Assembly: GCA_041690135.1 (NCBI GenBank)
Contig: JAWLHY010000003.1
Span: 448,001 to 512,000, forward strand
Direction of reading: 5' to 3'
From: Armatimonadota bacterium
Lineage (GTDB): Bacteria; Armatimonadota; SYMT01
Length of the DNA: 64,000 nt
Every line of letters begins with the position of its first letter. Position 1 is the first letter of the stretch. The notes beneath the pieces were generated by a model that was not told the DNA's origin, searched no databases, and saw only the letters and a program-made list of their open reading frames with translations. Positions 61,708-64,000 of the stretch are shown here, piece after piece. The translations under genes and the position numbers were made by a program.

Positions 61708-62537
61708 GGGGATCCTCCTCGGTCGTGCGGGTCGGTTCTCGCCTCCCTATACCCACGGAGCTCTCCGCGCAAGGCCCGAATCTCCTGCCGGAGTTCCTCG
61801 ATCTGGGCCGTTCCCGCCATCTCCGTATCCGCGCGCTCGGCATCCCGGCCGATGAAGAAGGTGGCCAGGGTGGCGGTGACGTAGCCGAACACCCCCACGG
61901 CGTACATGGAGAGCAGGAAACAGAGGAAACGGCCTTCTGCCGATTTCGGCCAGTACTCCGATCCGAGAGTGGTCATGAGCATCGCGGTCCACCACACCGC
62001 ATCCGCATAGCTCCGGAACCCGCCGTCCGGCACCCCCGCCTCCAGGGCGTACATGGCGGCGCCTCCCGCCATGACGATCGCTACGGTGAGGATGGAAACA
62101 TAGCCGAAGCCGCGGCGACCCAGGGTGGCTCGCAGCGCGCGCATCCCCCGGTTGAGCGAGGTAAACAGCCGGAAGAGACGCACCCCGCGAGCGGCCCGCG
62201 CGGCCCGCAAAAGACGGAGGGCGCGTACCACCCGGAACACACGCAACGCCGGCAACAGGAGGGCGAGAGCGGTGAGCCAGCTCTCCTTGAGGTACGCGAG
62301 CTTGTTCGGCGCGATGATCAGCTTGAGACCGAAGTCCACCACGAACACGCCCCAGATGGTGGTCCCGATCTGCTCGAGAAAGGGGTTGATCCCCCAGACC
62401 AACTCGACCACCAGCAGGGCCAGCCAGACGAAGCCGAGGACGACCATCGGGGTTTCGAGCCAGTCCTCCAGCTCGTGAAGCAGTTCCAGGCGCTCGCGCT
62501 CGGTACGCCTCTCCGCCGCCCTCCGACTGTCTTGCAT
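61704..62537 (-). CDS. 6-TM voltage-gated-type ion channel (KvAP-like architecture, atypical filter)
   Basis: Arg-rich S4 (LRVFRVVRALRLLRAARAARGVRLFR); pore helix WWTAMLMTTLGSEYWP; stop overlaps the next ATG. Confidence 0.85.
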   Translation of the reverse strand: MQDSRRAAERRTERERLELLHELEDWLETPMVVLGFVWLALLVVELVWGINPFLEQIGTTIWGVFVVDFGLKLIIAPNKLAYLKESWLTALALLLPALRVFRVVRALRLLRAARAARGVRLFRLFTSLNRGMRALRATLGRRGFGYVSILTVAIVMAGGAAMYALEAGVPDGGFRSYADAVWWTAMLMTTLGSEYWPKSAEGRFLCFLLSMYAVGVFGYVTATLATFFIGRDAERADTEMAGTAQIEELRQEIRALRGELRGYREARTDPHDRGGSP

Positions 62538-62716
62538 CTCCGGAATTCGCGTCTCCCTCTCCCACGGCCGCCGCCCTTCAGGCATTCCCCGTGTGCTGAC
62601 CGGCAAAACGCCTGCCCGTTTGGGAAACTCCCCCTGGTCACCGGCGGGGTTTCGTCTGCCCGTTTTGCTGGGGAACGCAGAACCGTTGGGCAGGCTCGCG
62701 CAAGGGGAGGTCATCC

Positions 62717-64000
62717 GTGCAACACGCCGATTCCGAACACCCGCATTCGCGCGGAAACACAGGTACTCCGGCACATGGTCCCGGCGGAGCGGAATCGCCA
62801 CGGGGCCGGCACGGCGAGGAGGGGGAACACGATCCGGTGGAAATGACCCGGCGGATGCGCCGGCCGTGGATCTGGACGAACTTCCTGAACGCGATCCTCG
62901 GAATCTGGTTGCTCACCAGCCCCTGGACTTTCGGCTATCGAAACGCCGGGATGACCTGGAGCGACGGCGTGAGCGGCGCGCTGATCTGTCTTTTCTCCCT
63001 GATGGCGCTCTGGCCGCGCCTGGACACGATCGGCCGGTGGTCGGCCTGCCTCGTGGGGATCTGGCTGCAGTTCGCGCCCCTGGTGTTCTGGGCGGATACC
63101 GCCGCGGCTTACATTACCGACACCCTGGTCGGCTCGCTGGTTATTGCCTTCTCGATCCTGGTACCGATGATGCCGGGCATGGCCCACCACATGGAGATGG
63201 AGAAGCCGGGGCCGGTGGTGCCTCCGGGCTGGAGCTATAACCCCTCCAGTTGGCCGCAGCGAGCGCCCCTGATCCTGACCGCCGTGGCGGGCTGGTTCGT
63301 TTCCCGCTACCTCGCGGCCTACCAGTTGGGCTATATCGACCGGGCGTGGGACCCCTTCTTCGGTGACAGTACCGTCCGGGTGTTGACCTCTGACGTTTCG
63401 AGGGCCTGGCCGATTTCCGATGCCGGATTGGGGGCTTTTGCCTACACCTTCGAGGCGCTGATGGCTTTCATGGGCGGCCCGCGCCGCTGGCGCACCATGC
63501 CCTGGATGGTCACCTTCTTCGGAATTCTCGTGATCCCTCTTGGCCTGGTGCACATCACCCTGGTCATCATGCAGCCGGTGATGGTCGGTCACTGGTGCAC
63601 ACTCTGCCTGCTGGCGGCCGGGATCATGCTGGTGATGATCCCGCTCGCCGTGGATGAAGTGGTCGCCATGTGCCAGTTCATGGTGCGGAGCGTGCGGGAG
63701 GGAAAGCCGTTCTGGCGCACCTTCATCGTGGGGGGCACCTTCGAGAATGAAGTGAACAAAGACACGCGGGCGCCCGGGTATGGCGCCCCTGTTGGCGCAC
63801 TGGCTCGCGCCGGCATCTGGGGCGTGAGTTTTCCCGGGACCCTGGTCGCCAGTGCGGGGCTGGGGGCCTGGCTGATGTTCTCTCCGGCCGTGTTCAGTAC
63901 GACCGGGCTGGCAGCGGACAACGCCCACGTGGCAGGCGCCCTCGTAGTCACCGTTTCCGTCATCGTGATGGCGGAAGTGCTGCGCCCGGGGCGCCTTCTG
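62717..64000 (+). CDS. Vitamin K epoxide reductase (VKOR) family membrane protein with SPW repeats, truncated by window end
   Basis: Not in the ORF track because it has no stop in the window. GTG 62717 with ggggagg RBS; LGIWLLTSPW, PPGWSYNPSSW, WDPFFG, RWRTMPW, GHWCTLCL. Confidence 0.85.
   Translation, partial: MQHADSEHPHSRGNTGTPAHGPGGAESPRGRHGEEGEHDPVEMTRRMRRPWIWTNFLNAILGIWLLTSPWTFGYRNAGMTWSDGVSGALICLFSLMALWPRLDTIGRWSACLVGIWLQFAPLVFWADTAAAYITDTLVGSLVIAFSILVPMMPGMAHHMEMEKPGPVVPPGWSYNPSSWPQRAPLILTAVAGWFVSRYLAAYQLGYIDRAWDPFFGDSTVRVLTSDVSRAWPISDAGLGAFAYTFEALMAFMGGPRRWRTMPWMVTFFGILVIPLGLVHITLVIMQPVMVGHWCTLCLLAAGIMLVMIPLAVDEVVAMCQFMVRSVREGKPFWRTFIVGGTFENEVNKDTRAPGYGAPVGALARAGIWGVSFPGTLVASAGLGAWLMFSPAVFSTTGLAADNAHVAGALVVTVSVIVMAEVLRPGRLL

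Noticed and set aside
62538-62801. N-terminal extension of the ion channel ORF
   Set aside because: It overlaps the divergent promoter region and the VKOR start; ATG 62537 is more plausible.

Overview
High-GC bacterial chromosomal segment with about 50 protein-coding genes. I found no rRNA, tRNA, CRISPR array, integrase, intact transposase or phage gene. The pilin, LolA-like and GHL10 proteins suggest Armatimonadota or a similar lineage carrying many Planctomycete-type families (DUF1549/DUF1553, DUF1501, PPC-domain protein, DUF4058, four PQQ-like beta-propellers, PhoD-like phosphatase, squalene-hopene-type cyclase); this taxonomy is inference only. Main blocks: Spy/CpxP-like gene plus an OmpR-family two-component pair (0.5-4 kb); DUF1549-DUF1501-PPC cassette (6.8-13.2 kb); CheR/CheB/hybrid-kinase operon without chemoreceptors plus a SpoIIE/RsbU-like phosphatase (14-23 kb); stress and metal genes (23.4-31.7 kb and 58-64 kb); beta-propeller/GT2/cyclase block (35-44 kb); envelope, transport, VWA, LysR and pilin genes (44.5-57.7 kb). 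The strongest unexplained signals are non-coding: (1) a ~730 bp element at 4079-4809 made of two diverged, inverted, internally structured arms with a compensatory base change; (2) a recurring NNTT-N16-GGGTA promoter-like motif upstream of five stress genes; (3) many intergenic 6-9-mer tandem-repeat tracts, often in inverted pairs, one type apparently inserted in-frame into a protein gene; and (4) an ion channel with a non-canonical filter coupled to a persulfide dioxygenase-rhodanese gene. All assignments come from reading motifs by eye; no database searches were run.
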